64,000 bases of DNA, taken from the human T2T-CHM13v2.0 reference genome, Homo sapiens. Made by a program: the position numbers and the translations under genes. The notes beneath the pieces were generated by a model. The model was not told where the DNA came from. It did no database searches and saw only the letters and a program-made list of their open reading frames with translations. The stretch lies in assembly GCF_009914755.1 (NCBI RefSeq), contig NC_060931.1, one strand, 5' to 3'. Of the stretch, positions 1 through 13,863 are shown one piece after another. Within the stretch, counting starts at the first letter, position 1. Every line of letters begins with the position of its first letter.

Positions 1-1308
1 TCATTCCCTTGTCACCATCCGATAAATAAATGCATACATAAATAATCATTCATACTATCTTCCTTTATTGCTTCAATATAAAAACCGGCATATGTGGTCT
101 CCTTTCCAGTAAATGACAAACATAATGAATACTTAAAATATATATTTAAAGATAGTTTCCCCATGTTGATATTTTCCCTCAATTCTCCGCTTTCTCTTCA
201 AATAACTTTTAGCTTGTCCTTTAAAGTGGCTGTTAATAATGTATTTGAGGGAAAATTATTAAAATGGATTTTTTTAAGGTACTTCAAATTCTTGACCATG
301 CCACTCTGACAAATTAAGCACAAGTACTTTCTGCAGCCCTCCTGTGCATGTGCTATATGCCCAGCATGCAAATACTTCACAGCAAAAGGGAACTGGGAAA
401 AAACCTTTTGCTTGGAGGCTGTGGCATGTGGTCAAGCAAATAATTTCATCATAAACTGAGCATTCACATGTCTTTTTGTGAGAGTCAGCAGATACACATT
501 TATGTTCCTCTACAATATGTCTCTATTCTGCCTAGTGATAAACACTGCTTTTTTTTTAGCTCTATTATCTATGAGTTAAAATATTTTTTTCAGACACGTT
601 TCAATAAACAGCACGTCAGTGATTGTCTATAGTGTTAAAAGGTTTTCTCTAAGCATATCTCCTAAAACAACTCCACTCTTTGATCTCTCTCTCTCTGATC
701 CTCCCTCCCTCCCTCCCTCTCTCTCTTTTTAAAATTACGCAGTAAGTTTTAGGAGGGTCTGTACCTAGGAGAGACTACAAAAACGTTCCTTAAGACATAA
801 TAGCCCAGCGTTCCCACTATGAGGGAGTGTGAGGCTTCAAGGAACAGGAAACTTACTGCTCCTCAGAGACTGCATCTTCCCTCATGGCATGATCTGGGTC
901 AATGGAAGGCTACATTTGACTAGATGTCTATGAACAAGTTCTAACCTCATGAGGAATGAGAGTCATGGGTGTATCTAGGCTTGGCAAATCATATGCAATA
1001 TTTCATGCAGTTCAACTTTTCGCTTCCCTGTTTCAGAAGAATAAAGTGCTTCTCTGAACTCTGCTGGATTGCCAGTCCTCTGGCTCCTCAAGTGAGCCAT
1101 GTTCCTGCCTTAGCTACTGTATCTGGAGATTGCCCAGAATCTAAAGTATCTCTAAAGGGTCATTCTTCAAACCCGCCCCTCTACTTGTATTTACCCACAC
1201 TGAAACACTTTTAGATTAACTTCCAGTAGATAGAATTTGTTTTGAGAATAGCAATTGAGACCAAGATGGAAAGGAAATTAGTAAGGAGGAGATTTGTGCT
1301 GGTCACAG

Positions 1309-1332
1309 TCTCTCTCTCTCTCTCTGTCTATC

Positions 1333-1391
<59 letters not shown>

Positions 1392-1418
1392 ATCTACATA
1401 TATATAGATATATACATA
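1309..1418. repeat. Compound microsatellite: (TC)n, TCTG TCTA TCA, (TCTA)14 at 1334-1389, then TA-rich tail
   Basis: Tandem units read directly from the sequence. Confidence 0.97.
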
Positions 1419-1639
1419 TTTAACTTCTTTTTGCCAATACATGCAGGTAAAATAAACACATCTGGCTTTCCTGTTCCCCATGGTGATGGGTTAAGATATA
1501 TTTTTCATATACACAAGTTTCAGTAAATAATATATCAACTATTGTTTATAGTGCTAAAAATGTATTCATTAGGAATGCCACCTGTTTTTAAAGAGATAAA
1601 ACCAAATACTATATGATACTGAAAAGAACCATGATTCCA

Positions 1640-1850
1640 GGTCTTATGTCATGTAATATGTGGAATTAGCAGTGCATTTGAGTCTGGTTCCAACTCTTAA
1701 AACACTAAATATGTCATCTTGGGCAAGTTACATCATCTTCCTGAGATTCCTTTCTAAAAAAAAAAAAAATTGTCAAGTACCTCTCTGCCTTATACAATTA
1801 TTTCAGAAGTCAAGTGAGGTAAAAAATAAGAAAATTATTTACATAAAATA
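1640..1850 (+). mobile_element. MIR SINE remnant
   Basis: Core-like 'tgtcatcttgggcaagttacatcatcttcctgag' resembles the MIR core TGTGACCTTGGGCAAGTTACTTAACCTCTCTGAG; boundaries approximate. Confidence 0.65.
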
Positions 1851-2428
1851 AAATAGGCTGTGCTTGCATAATGCTCTAAGGAAGGGGAAGCAGTTGCATC
1901 CTGTTTTTTTTTTTTTTACTCTGAGACTGGTATTCTTTCTAATTGACTCTGCTCAAACGTATGAAATATTATTACCACATTTCAACAAGCCTGATTTCTT
2001 TCCTCTCTAATCCAAAATTATAGACTTCTGAAGTCTTCAGACATCATATTGCAAAGAGAAAATCTTATAATCAGTTACTTGCTGGGGATATATAAACTAT
2101 ACTGGTGTGTGATTTCTTTTGAAAAATTAATGTATAGAAACATATAATTAGGCATAAAACACAATTTCTTATGTATCACTTTATTACTTAGAGATATATA
2201 AAAATTTACATTTTGGTTACATTAATATTTTTTTTTTTCATCTGTGGTTTAAAACCAAACCAAAAAAAGAAAAAAAAAGTAACATTTAACTGTTTAATTG
2301 CTTCCATTTTGTTTGGGAAACTTAACCTCAATTTAACCTTTGTGGCTACTGTGCAAGTCAAAATCAAATGACTTTGACGATCTCAGTCCCAGAATAATAA
2401 ACTCACTGGGGGCTTTAAACCTCTTTAC

Positions 2429-2539
2429 CTTTAGCAGGGGGAGCTGAGCAGTCTTCAACTTGTTTGTGTTCATTGATTGATAATGAGCAGTTTCTCTGTC
2501 TACATCTGTGTGGGACCATGTGAGGTCTGCTTTAGCCTG
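2429..2539 (-). other. Candidate spliced exon (111 nt), host transcript unknown
   Basis: Minus strand: pyrimidine tract gcctctccctcctctcaactcccag|CAG acceptor and CTAAAG|gtaaag donor; one open frame. No transcript evidence available. Confidence 0.35.
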
Positions 2540-4826
2540 CTGGGAGTTGAGAGGAGGGAGAGGCAATCACAGTGTGTTTAAAAAATTGTTCTAAGGATGA
2601 CATTTGGGAGGCAAATATTTTGGCCACAAGCCAATGTAATTTTTTTTAATGCTAAGACAAGCTTGGCACTTTACATTTAACTTTAATCTGTTTTCATAAT
2701 TCAATATAAATTGACACATCACTATTTCTATGTAATGGAAAGTTTCTTCAAGTGGTTACCTCTATCAATAGGTTATTTTTAAAATACAGTTATGGAATTT
2801 TATTCTGATTTCATCATTTGCTTAAAAAAATCTATTAGGCCTCAACTTTTACTTGTCAATTATTAAATACCAGTTTCTTGCTTTTGTTTTCTATTCAATT
2901 TGACAAAGTATGCGTATGTCCAGCACGCAGATAATCTCCTCAAGAGTCAATTTTTTCTTATTAAATGGAGATGAGACAGTAGCGATGAAATTCACAGAGC
3001 TTACTCTTACTAAGGGTTTCTCTTATCTTTAAAATTTCAAAGTATAAATAGGTTCAAATATAACCATTGCATTTTTGTCATTTATGTAACAAAAGAAAGG
3101 TATGTCAAATTTCAACATATCTATGGTTTAATGACACCATTAATTTCTTTGTTCTATGCGACTGACTAACTTTAATGATATCAACATTCTGGTTCAATAT
3201 CGTGTTTTCAGAAGCATTGGTTAAAATGAAAAATGTCATTTGTTGATCCAAGGTACTATGTTTTGGAAGTGATCAAGAGAGCAGCTGGGCTGGAATTTCC
3301 GATTGAGGAATTCCAGGAGGTTAGGAGCCAGGAGAGCTGATTTACATGATTGTTAGCCAAGAGTGTGCTTCCAAGTGGACAGGAGGACTTGAAGCCAGTA
3401 CACATGGTCAGAAGAACTAACTCCAGCATAAGCAGCAGGTTCTCATTTATTCTTAAGTGAGGACATTTATGCTAAAGTGAAGACAGAGAGATTGTCTTTG
3501 AGCCAGAAGGCTGACTCAAGAAAACTATATTCCTTTATATCTTGAAAGGCTATTCATGGAGTGGGTGTCCCACAGAAACCAAGCTACACAGTTAGTGACC
3601 GCCCTAGCACTCTTTACATAAAACTTATTATTATGTGACTCATCCAGCCTCACCACATACTGAGCTTCTCCTAAGCAGCAAAAGCCGTTTGTTTTATCCT
3701 GAGAGTGACTGGTAGGATTTCCTGGGTCACTGAATCTGTAGAATTCTTACAAAATTTAGAAGCTCTTTTCTGATTAACCAAGAACAAGAGAACCTAGACC
3801 TTCTTTTCCTACTCATGTGAGCTACTGATTAAAGAATGAGGATTAATATAATCACTAATGTGATTCAGCGTTCACAAAATAAAAACAATTGCGGAGAACA
3901 TATACTTATTGAGACTAGAGAATTTGGAGGGGGAATTATTCTTATAATAAATAAAACCACAAGAATAATATGGCTTTTAAAATGTCCTGTAATTCCAAAA
4001 AAGTAATTCTACCTGAGGTCAAAATGATGTAAATTTGAATACTCATCCGAATCCAGCAATGGACTCTTCTGAGTAACTGCTAGAGTGGATAGAAAGTACA
4101 TCCTCCCAGCAATCCTCTTCCCTGAATGTCATTGTTCCCTGCAGAGACTTTGGTAAGTGTTCAGGAGGAGTAAGATCAGTGTCAGACCACTTAATTGTTA
4201 CCTGGTGGGCATCATTCTATGGTATTGCTGAAGTGTAGCATCACATAATTTAACAGTCAGTCATGTGGAAATAGAATTGACAGTCACTTCTGAAAGAAGA
4301 AAGATGAGAAAACAATTCGTAGTCAAATAGAAGGGTACTGACCTCCATATAAAGGCAAACCACGCAATAACACAGAAAGAAATAATTTTTCCAGATGTGG
4401 TATTGAGTCTGCTATAGCACACACAGCAAAATGGGCTACATGTAACAGAGCCATTGTTGAAAGTGAAGTCTCCTTCATCAGTTATGAACCTGTCATAAAA
4501 ATTACTGCTTACCTAAGATATTTTCCCAATGCTTGAAAGACATTTATCATTTATTGAAAACCAAATTTCCCCATATATAAATCAGGAAAACAAATTGTTA
4601 CCTATACAGTCATTCAGGATGACATGAATATTAAAAGCTTCCGCTATATAGTGAAGAATAAAAATATATGGATGATATAAAACATGTTATTTCACTCTCT
4701 CATCTATTTACAGAAATTGTATATATAAAATTATCAATTTATTTTAAAATGCGAAGTGTAATTTTTAATAAAGTTTCTAAGAGAACTTGGATCTAAAGGC
4801 TTTGTGGATGTATACTTTTGTGCTGA

Positions 4827-5146
<320 letters not shown>

Positions 5147-5214
5147 TGAAGTTACTTAGAATCATGCTTTCTACAAAGGCCTGGTTAAGAGCTATGTAAC
5201 TTTTTTATAACATT

Positions 5215-6430
5215 AATTAAATCACACAGTAAGCATTTCCTGGGCATCTACCTTGAAGGGTTTGGAAATATATGAGTAGCAAGACAGATCTAGCCTCAGC
5301 TTATATGGATTCTCTAGCCTGATGGAGAGTCCAAAAAAAAAAAAATTGTGTTAAGGGTCACAATGTGTCTATTAGATTAAGTGGCCCAGTTACTTGCTAT
5401 TTGCAACTTTAATGAGGTCAGTTTTGTAGAGATAAAATGTGTACAAGACATGGATATATATTTTATGTTATATATTTACGTATATATAGTATCCATTATG
5501 TTAGATATGGATGCATAATGTATGTATTCCATATATATGCATATAATATACGTGCTTTATATTTAATACAGGGGGTGCAAAGTTGGGGTGGTTCTTCTCA
5601 TCTGATGGTTAATACTTTCTCCATTGCAGTAAGAAGTTAAATTATATCTTGGAAGGAGGGATAGAGGAGGGCAAATGCTGTAAGAGAGAAAGATAAAGAT
5701 ACCTGGAAATGACTTCTGTGGAGAATTGCAGAGAGGAAGTTGACACAACTAAGAATCTCTGGGCAGCATTAGGACCTGGTTGCTGCTGGTCATCATGAAT
5801 GTGTACCATTACCAACTTTCATTGTTCTGTGATTTTCTCCAGTAGTTCTGGTGGAAGCACGGAGATGCTAGACTAGTACAAATGATCCCAAATTGGGGTT
5901 TGGCAGAAAGATGCAAGAGCTTGATTAACTTAGATAAATAAAATATTAACATGATAGTGAATTACAAGGAGGATAGAAAGGAAATGACAAAAATGATGAC
6001 AATTGAGAAAACAGAGAGATCAAGCTATCAAATGTGTGAATGAGACAAAATCTTGAACTGCTGTCCTCAAACATCTGAAAGAGAGAACTGGAAAGAAGGA
6101 GGCTGTGAGAGATTTAATCATCTCAGTCTTTTATTCTAAACTTCTCATGATGACAACAAGGGCCAGATGTGACTATTGGGATTTGGTTACTTAGGTTGAA
6201 TCAAGTGGAGATGAGGTCAAGGAACTGAAAGGGCAGGTTGTCATCTGAGCAAAAATAAAGACATTGCATTTCCTTAAGATAGCTGTTAGGTTTTGCATGG
6301 GAAAAACAAAACAAAACAAAACAAAAACTTGAGTTGGGTTGCTAAAGTTTTCAGCAAATTACAGGAAATGATTTGAATGTGAGTGAAACTCACTAGGAAG
6401 CAGAATGAAGAGATAGAGCTGAGTGCTATG
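5215..6430 (-). mobile_element. Degraded L2 LINE fragments interrupted by AT-rich low-complexity sequence
   Basis: L2 3'-end-like text at ~5225-5340 and purine-rich L2 ORF2-antisense-like text at ~5640-6430; highly diverged. Confidence 0.4.
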
Positions 6431-6569
6431 ATCTAAAAGTATACGTGTTTGTACCCGAGTTGATCTGCGGTGGCTTAGCAAATTCCCTGAGAATTAAAAT
6501 CAGAGGACAATGACGCATAATATTCCAATGGGAATTCTAAATATTGTACATTTCATGAAAATCCTTAGT

Positions 6570-6800
6570 TCTTGACACCTCTTCTTTAAAAATTTAAGCA
6601 GTTTTACTACAGTATAATGATTATAAAGTACACATATTTTAACTGCTAATTGGCACATATTTACAAAATGGACTTTCTGTGTAATCACCACCCAGTCAAG
6701 ATATGGAATTACCTATAACCCTTGCTTTGTACACCTAATCATTATCCATACTCTGACTTTTATAATCATGGATTGGTTTTGTCTATTTTTGTCTGCTTTT
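6570..6800 (-). mobile_element. Old L1M (L1ME-like) 3' fragment
   Basis: 'aaagtacacatattttaactg...tgtaatcaccacccagtcaagatatggaa' resembles the antisense L1M 3' UTR. Confidence 0.55.
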
Positions 6801-7171
6801 ATAAACTGCTTGACCTATTTGATGGCCTACACATATGAACCAAAAGACATTTATATGAAGTTAATGAAGTATTATTTGCAATTGACTTCCTCAAATTTTA
6901 ATGAAATAAAATTTGGCATGTACTTCATTTAAGAAGAATGTGAGTCTTTTCAAGTTCTAGTTTTTGACTGCTGGGGAAAAGGTTCAAGTGAAAAGCAGAC
7001 AGAAGTAAGATGAGGCTCCAAAGCTTTGGAAGTAGAAAGTAGATTGTCATCATGGAGTGAAGCACTCGGGGACATTACATACCTGGCTATATGTATGAGT
7101 CCTTGTCCATTGGCAGGCCTTGGTTCAAAGTTGAATTTATCAAAAACACCATAGCAAACAGAAATATCAGT

Positions 7172-7385
7172 TAATTTTTTATTGAGCACTGATCACAATA
7201 CAGGCATTCTTTTGATAGCTGCGTATATATTATCTCTGTTATCTTCACAGCTATTCTGTAAATTTGCTGTTCTCCTACTTCCATTTTATATCTCTCTAAA
7301 CTGAAACATAAATAATTGAGATTGTCTTCATCCAGGATTTCCATCCAGACTATCTCTCCCAAAGGCAACACTCTTTCATAGCCAG
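7172..7385 (-). mobile_element. MIR SINE remnant
   Basis: 'ttttattgagcact...ccattttata...aaactga' matches antisense MIR layout. Confidence 0.55.
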
Positions 7386-10300
7386 ACTTCTTTCAAACCA
7401 AACCTTGACCCCTTCACAAAGATTGTAGAATTCCAACTGGAAATGGACAGGAACACATCTGTTACCCACAGCAACTCTGTTGAAATCTGAAACCTGAAGA
7501 ATTACTCAAATGGATAGTCTTTGGTGAGTATTTCTGGAGTCTACATTCTCCCTTTTCTTTGGTCTAACCTAGAAAACTTCAGGGGCGGATGTCTCTGTGT
7601 TCTTGTCATATTTCCATTGATTGCAAAAGTCTTATGGTTTTATGCTAAGGTCACATTCATTATCAGCCTCATTATGAGAGCTGATTGGTAATGAGAAAAA
7701 TGGCATATAGATTAGTAGGCATACCAAAATCACTTCCAAAAATAAAAACAGAAACACTCGGCACTGATTTTTTTTTTCTGATCCTTTAAACAATTGCCAA
7801 CTGAAAAAACAGGCAAGACTTTTAAAATGTTAATGTCCTCTTTATTATGATGGCAGATAAAACAATCCTGCGTCTATCACTTTTTAATTCAGATTTATTG
7901 AATATCTAGAGATTTATAATCCTTTCCCCAAGCACAAGAATAAAATATAATATATAATTAGCATCTGGAGTTTTTTGAAGACGATGTGATTGACGGAGGT
8001 GACAGAGATGATGTAAAGGTGTCAATAGCACTTAAGTCTCTGTATGTTTGATTGTGTGCATTTACAGTCCCATACCTGCTTAAATACATACATAATGCAG
8101 AGAAGAATATGAACATGACTATCTTCCACAAGAAATGACATGCTACAGTAGGTGGAAAAGTGTTGCTTTAACATACCTAGTAGTCAATAAGTGGTATGTG
8201 AATTTGTGAAGTGAATGTAGTACCTATAGATGTACTATATATCCTATGATACTTAAAGTTACATCATTATTTAAAAGTAATGATTTGTCTCTAACTCATT
8301 TATCTTTGAACAAGGGAAATATATTCTTAAAGCTCTATTGAAGTGCATTACAACTGCTCTGAGACTTAGAGATCCTTTGGACATTTTTAAAGCCATTATT
8401 TCAATCATTATTTTATCTAAAAATACTGTTTTAAAAAAAGGCAAATAAGGAAAACAAAAGCCTAGTGAATTTTAGCATCTGTCTGAAAGTAGTCTAGTAA
8501 ACCACTGTAATAAAAATGATGTGATATACTGAGTTTGCTGAACAAAGGGAGCTTACAACACACTCCAGGGTAGCAATGAAGGGGTTACTGTTTATCATAA
8601 TGTACAACGGGATGGAAAATGCATACTGGCTTTCAAGTTCAAAGGGCTTGAAGAAACTCTGGTAACTTTATCCCCTTTAGTCACAAACTGTGAGACGACA
8701 TATGGTTAACATCCTTTTTTGGTGTTATTTTTAAACTTGTTTATGAGACATAAATACAAAGTATTCTAAACCCTATAATGACTTTTCTCTCTGAGTGGAA
8801 ACTTGATTGTGATGGCCAAGCATTACTTCTTGCAGTTTGACTATCTGATGAATTTTCTCTTCACTGGTGAAGCAATAATGGATGCTGGAGAAACCAGAAT
8901 CCAAAAGACTAATATATTATATTGTTGCTCTTCTTTTTTTTTCTCTTTTGAGTTTTCTCACGGCATAGGTATTCCAGACATAGACAGCTTCGATGGTTGA
9001 AAAGGGGATTTAGAGAACTGCCAAAAATCATTTGGAGAAAGAGAGTGTCTCCACAATGTTCCATGAATCAAATGGTAACAAGGGAATATTATTTTCTGAC
9101 TAACTTAATTTCTGACTCTATAGCAGCTAAAGGTTTGGTCCTCCTAAATCACACAAGATTTTTTTTAAAGAAAAGAAAAGCCAAAGGAAGTAATAAATGT
9201 CAAACTCTCATCAAAAACAGGCTGGGCACTTTAATTTTTTTTTTTTATTTTAGTCTTCACTGGAGTTCTTTGAACTTGTAAAAAGTAACCCATCTGCAGT
9301 TCAGATCTACTGTAAAGCTGGTTTACCATGCTACCTGTTTTAAAACTTACATTTTTTTCCCCAGGAGATTAGGAAACCGGGACCATAATACATTATTAAA
9401 TATACACATCTATTCCCTTTAATTTTCTTTGGTATATATTTAGAATCCCATACACTGTAATCAGGTAACATTTAAAGTATTAAGATGCATAAACATGTGG
9501 GTACTAGCTATAACACTGAAGTCATTTGTTTTAGGACAAGAATGTGTACCTGCTCTGAAACATTAATCCCCACAGAGGATGGCCAGGGCCTCCCAGTAGA
9601 AATTAAACAGTGCCTGCTGTGATTTTCTCTCATCTGATTCATCAACTATGTGTGTATTGGCTCTCTTTAAATGAAACTGAAAAGCAATAAAGACCCAGAA
9701 TGAAATTTCATAAAGACACTACTTTTTTTCTAGTGCTTAATTGTGGCAAAAAGTATATGTTTTTATTCATAAAATGTAAAGAAAATGGTTTAGATGAAAT
9801 GAATATCATGACACAAACAACTTAAACTAGTGAGACAAAACATGTGGACCAAAATCATATAATATGATTAACATTTTATTTCTATATTAGACATATAAAC
9901 AGAATGGTATTTCATTTCTTGTGTTTCTTACTTTTTCTGTGACAAGTCAAATGTTATTGCAAATACTCATGTGACATATCTAAGACAAGACAGAACAATG
10001 TCTCATTTAAAGCTCTGAGATTCAGGTCATTGTCTTCGTGTTCAAAGACTCGTTCTCCCCTTTCTTCTAGCAACACTGCCTCACACAGGGTCAGCACATT
10101 ACTGGTTCCCCTTTCTTCATCATATGGATTCACATCCAGCATTTCATTGACTTAGGGTGTTTCTTTTTGGGGGTCAACGGGTAGAGGAGATATGTGGCTT
10201 TCAAGCAATCCTTCTGATATAAGCTCATATTTCCAAAGGTCAGATGCTGCTATTGCTTAGTTTGTAACTGTTATTACCTTGACCTCACTTCCTATGTATA

Positions 10301-12249
10301 ATAGGTATTCATGGATGGATGTTTAGTATTGTAATGTTTCTACTGAACTCTTAGGGAATTCTTTCCCACCATATAAAAGTTCAAGGGAAAGAGAAAATGT
10401 GACATAGTAATCCAAAGAAAGATTTATATGCTGTATTTTGAGAAGATAATTCTACCCAATTCAATATTATGCTCTCATCCTTGTGGGAAAAAAAATGGGG
10501 ACAGTCACTTTGGTTTTTGCAGGATTTTACACATTTTCAGACAAGCAAAAATATCCCCTATGTTTCATTTTTTGATATCTGAGAGTTGAATAATATTTTA
10601 AATGCTTCAGGTCACAATGCATATTTGCTTAGTGTGCTTTTCACAGAATCCTAGAAACAGCTGGTCAATTTTTATTTATTAATCAGTGCTGCTTTACTGC
10701 TCCATGAGACAATGAGAAAATGGTGCAATCAAAATTATAGCCCAAGATTCCTCACTTCTAGTCATAAATTCCAACCACAAAACCTCATTCTTCTTTTTAA
10801 GGTACTGCTGTAGGAAACTTGTCTTATTCCAAAACCAACACTCTAGGGATTATCTAAACCAGAAGGGATGATTTTTTTTTTTTTTTCCTTTTCTGAGCTG
10901 TGGCCTTGCCATCTGCTATATTTCCCTTGTTTCACAAAACTGGTTTCTATGACCAAGAAACTTAAGTTCCAGCAAAGAAATAGGATATCTTATGCTGGTC
11001 TTTTAAGTTTAGAGAACAGTATGTTTCAACAACCTCAATGTTGAGATACCTGTATTTTACATATTTTCATATTATTTAGTTTTTCAAAGAATAAAGCATT
11101 TGAGCATTAAAAAATCCACATGTATTTTAAACTAATCAATAATAATTTCCAGCAACTTTTCACTTAGTTTACACTATAGGTGATAGGTTTTATGGGATAC
11201 TATTTTTCAATTAATTCTATGCAACACACAATTTATGAAGAGAGTTTTGTTTCTTCTATACTTGTTCTGAATAGTATGCCACCTCCAGGATAAATTATGA
11301 CCAAAGAGACGAGTATGTTTTTTACCTCTTTCATATCTCCACCCACTTCATTCTGAGAACAGAAATTGGTTCCCTAAAGCTATGCAAGATTAACTTCCCA
11401 GGTGGAAGTTATGTAAGATACATATATTTGTCCATGAGGTGTAGGGAATTGGGGGTGAAATGAAGGAGGGGTTTGGAGAAAGGGTTACTTGAATATACAA
11501 CTGAGAAAAAAAGGAAAACATGAAAATAAATAATTATTATGTAATTTTCCTGCAATAAATCCTAGGTACTTATTTTAGAAGAAAATAAAAGAATATTTAT
11601 GGTACTGGGAAAAAAATGGGAATCTTCCCTTGCTAAGATTAAACGTTGCCCAGGAGGAGATATAGATGTCACTAATGAAAACCTTGGGTAGGAGAAAAAT
11701 TAAAGCAAGCTGCAAGTGAAGATCTAAGTGATTAGTGCAGTTAAAAAACAAACAAACAAAACAAAAAACAACACACGCACAAAAAAAAAAAAAGAAAAGA
11801 AAGGAAAAAAAAGAGCAAGCAAGTAGAGAAATTGGCATAAAATGGCATAAAATGAAGGCAAGCCCCTGGCTGTTCTCTGGAGAAAGGGAGTGTTCTAGAG
11901 CACAGCTCATTGTAGATGCCGATACACAGCAAAACTTTTGATGCTTCGTGTCAGGTGCCTACTGCCTACAGTTGTTTTCAAAGACATTTTCTCATATACT
12001 TTGTTGCATCTACAACAAACAGAATGATGCTTAGCATTTAGTTGGTAGTAAATAAATACTTGCTGAGTGAACAAGTAAATGAATAAATGAGGGAATTAAT
12101 AAAATATGAGAATAACTGAATCATTTAAGCGTGGTATATCTTTAAGAGCTTCATAGAACAAAATAAGTAAAACATTACTCTCTCCATAATACTAGGTCAC
12201 TTTATGTCAAATAAATAATGTGTACTAGGCACCATAATAGGTATACTAC

Positions 12250-13863
12250 TGATGGCAGCGACAACCCATCTGGAGCTGCCATTGCAAGGATGCCAGCTGC
12301 AGGAGGAGAGGTGCAGCTATTTACTACATAGGTCCAGTGGGAGCCAGGAACAGGCGAGAGCCCCACCCGCCACCAAGTTGGTGGGGCAGGAGCCCACACT
12401 CCCAAGCTCAGACACAGATGCCCAGCCACAGCTCCAGACCCCAGTATCCCTGCACTCTCCAGGGACCAGAAAGCCTTTCACCCCTGAAGGCTCGAAAGTG
12501 CCTGTTCCCACTGTCTGGCCTCTCCCCACTCCCGGCACCTACTCCAATTTTGGACCAGAGTTGTAGCCAACCCCAGGTGCTGTTGCAACCCAGTTGGATG
12601 TGAGTGCTCTCAGGGGTGGCTCTGACATGCTAGCCCCTGCTGCCTTGGCTCCCTCTGGACTTTGGGCACAAATGAGCATGGGAAGGAGGCCAAGGGGGGG
12701 ACTGAGGGAGGATTGGCATAGGCCTTCAGGCAACCCTCAGCATGAACAGCCTGTGCGTCATGGATGATATGTTGATGGCAGCAGAAGGCAGATAGGCTTA
12801 GGGGCAGAAAGGGGCGTATCCTTGGTGAAATCCCACCTTCAAGCCAGGGACTTCCTGAAGCCTGAGGCCCAGACTGTCCATTCCAGGTGGAGTCTGTGGC
12901 CAGGAGTGAAAACTTATGGTGCTTTGTCTGGGCCCCCCATGGCTGTCCATGGACTAATCAACATGCATTTCCTCCCTTTTGAAGCCCATAAACCCCCCAG
13001 ATTCAGCCCAACTCACACAGACATTGGGATTACCAACTGTGAGAAGGAGATACCCAATCTGGGTCTCTTCAACTCATTGGGATGACCTGGCTGTGGAAAG
13101 GAGCTACCCACTCAGGGTATTCTTTCTGATGAGAGCTGGAGACCCATCAGGACTGCCTGTCTGTGGATAGGAGCTACTCACTTTGAGTCTGTGGAGACCT
13201 GTCCTGTCACTCAATAACACTCCTCTCTACCTGGCTCACCCTCCAGCTGTCTGCATACCTCATTCTTCCTGGACACTGAATGAGAACTCAGGACTCACTG
13301 AATGGCAGGACTGAAAGAGCTATAATACAAATAGGCTGAAAAACCCCCTTGCTGACCACATTGTGGGTGATGAGAAGGAAAAAAAAGCTGTGGCCCTTTA
13401 AGGATCCAGATCTAGGGGCTCCCTGAGCCAGGGCTGTAATACGTTATTTGGGGCTCTGTGATTTTTGGCATCTCCATGCTTCCAGGAGCCACCACATTCC
13501 CCTCATCCAGACATGGGTGCCCACAGCAGAAGCCGTTTGAGGTGCATCTGATCCAGCTGCAGCCTTGCACAGAGCCAGCACCTGTGCCAGTGCCTGGAGC
13601 TGCCCACCTTACCACACCAGCTGGCATGCTTGGCTGTGCACAGAGACCAGATCCAATGCTCACTCACTCATGCACACCTTGCTGCTCTCCGCCTGGCTCG
13701 CCCTTGGCAGGCATGGCATCCAGGCTGGCTGTGCAAGCTGAGCACAGCCTGCAATGCCAAGTGGGTGGAACAAGCCCAGTGGGCCCGAGCAAAACCCAGG
13801 CAAAGGTGCCACCAGTCACAGAGGTTTCAGCTGGAAAAGTGACACCATAAGGATCTTGTGACA
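12250..13863 (+). mobile_element. MER52-family (ERV1) solo LTR, ~1.6 kb
   Basis: GC-rich block starting TG(atggcagcg...catctggagc) and ending gaggtttcagctggaaaagtgacaccataaggatcttgtgaCA; perfect 4-bp TSD CTAC at 12246-12249 and 13864-13867, the length typical of ERV1. Confidence 0.88.

Noticed and set aside
730-1140. Possible ancient LTR (balanced GC, AATAAA at ~1040)
   Set aside because: I could not match it to any family or define TG...CA ends or a TSD; needs a Dfam search.
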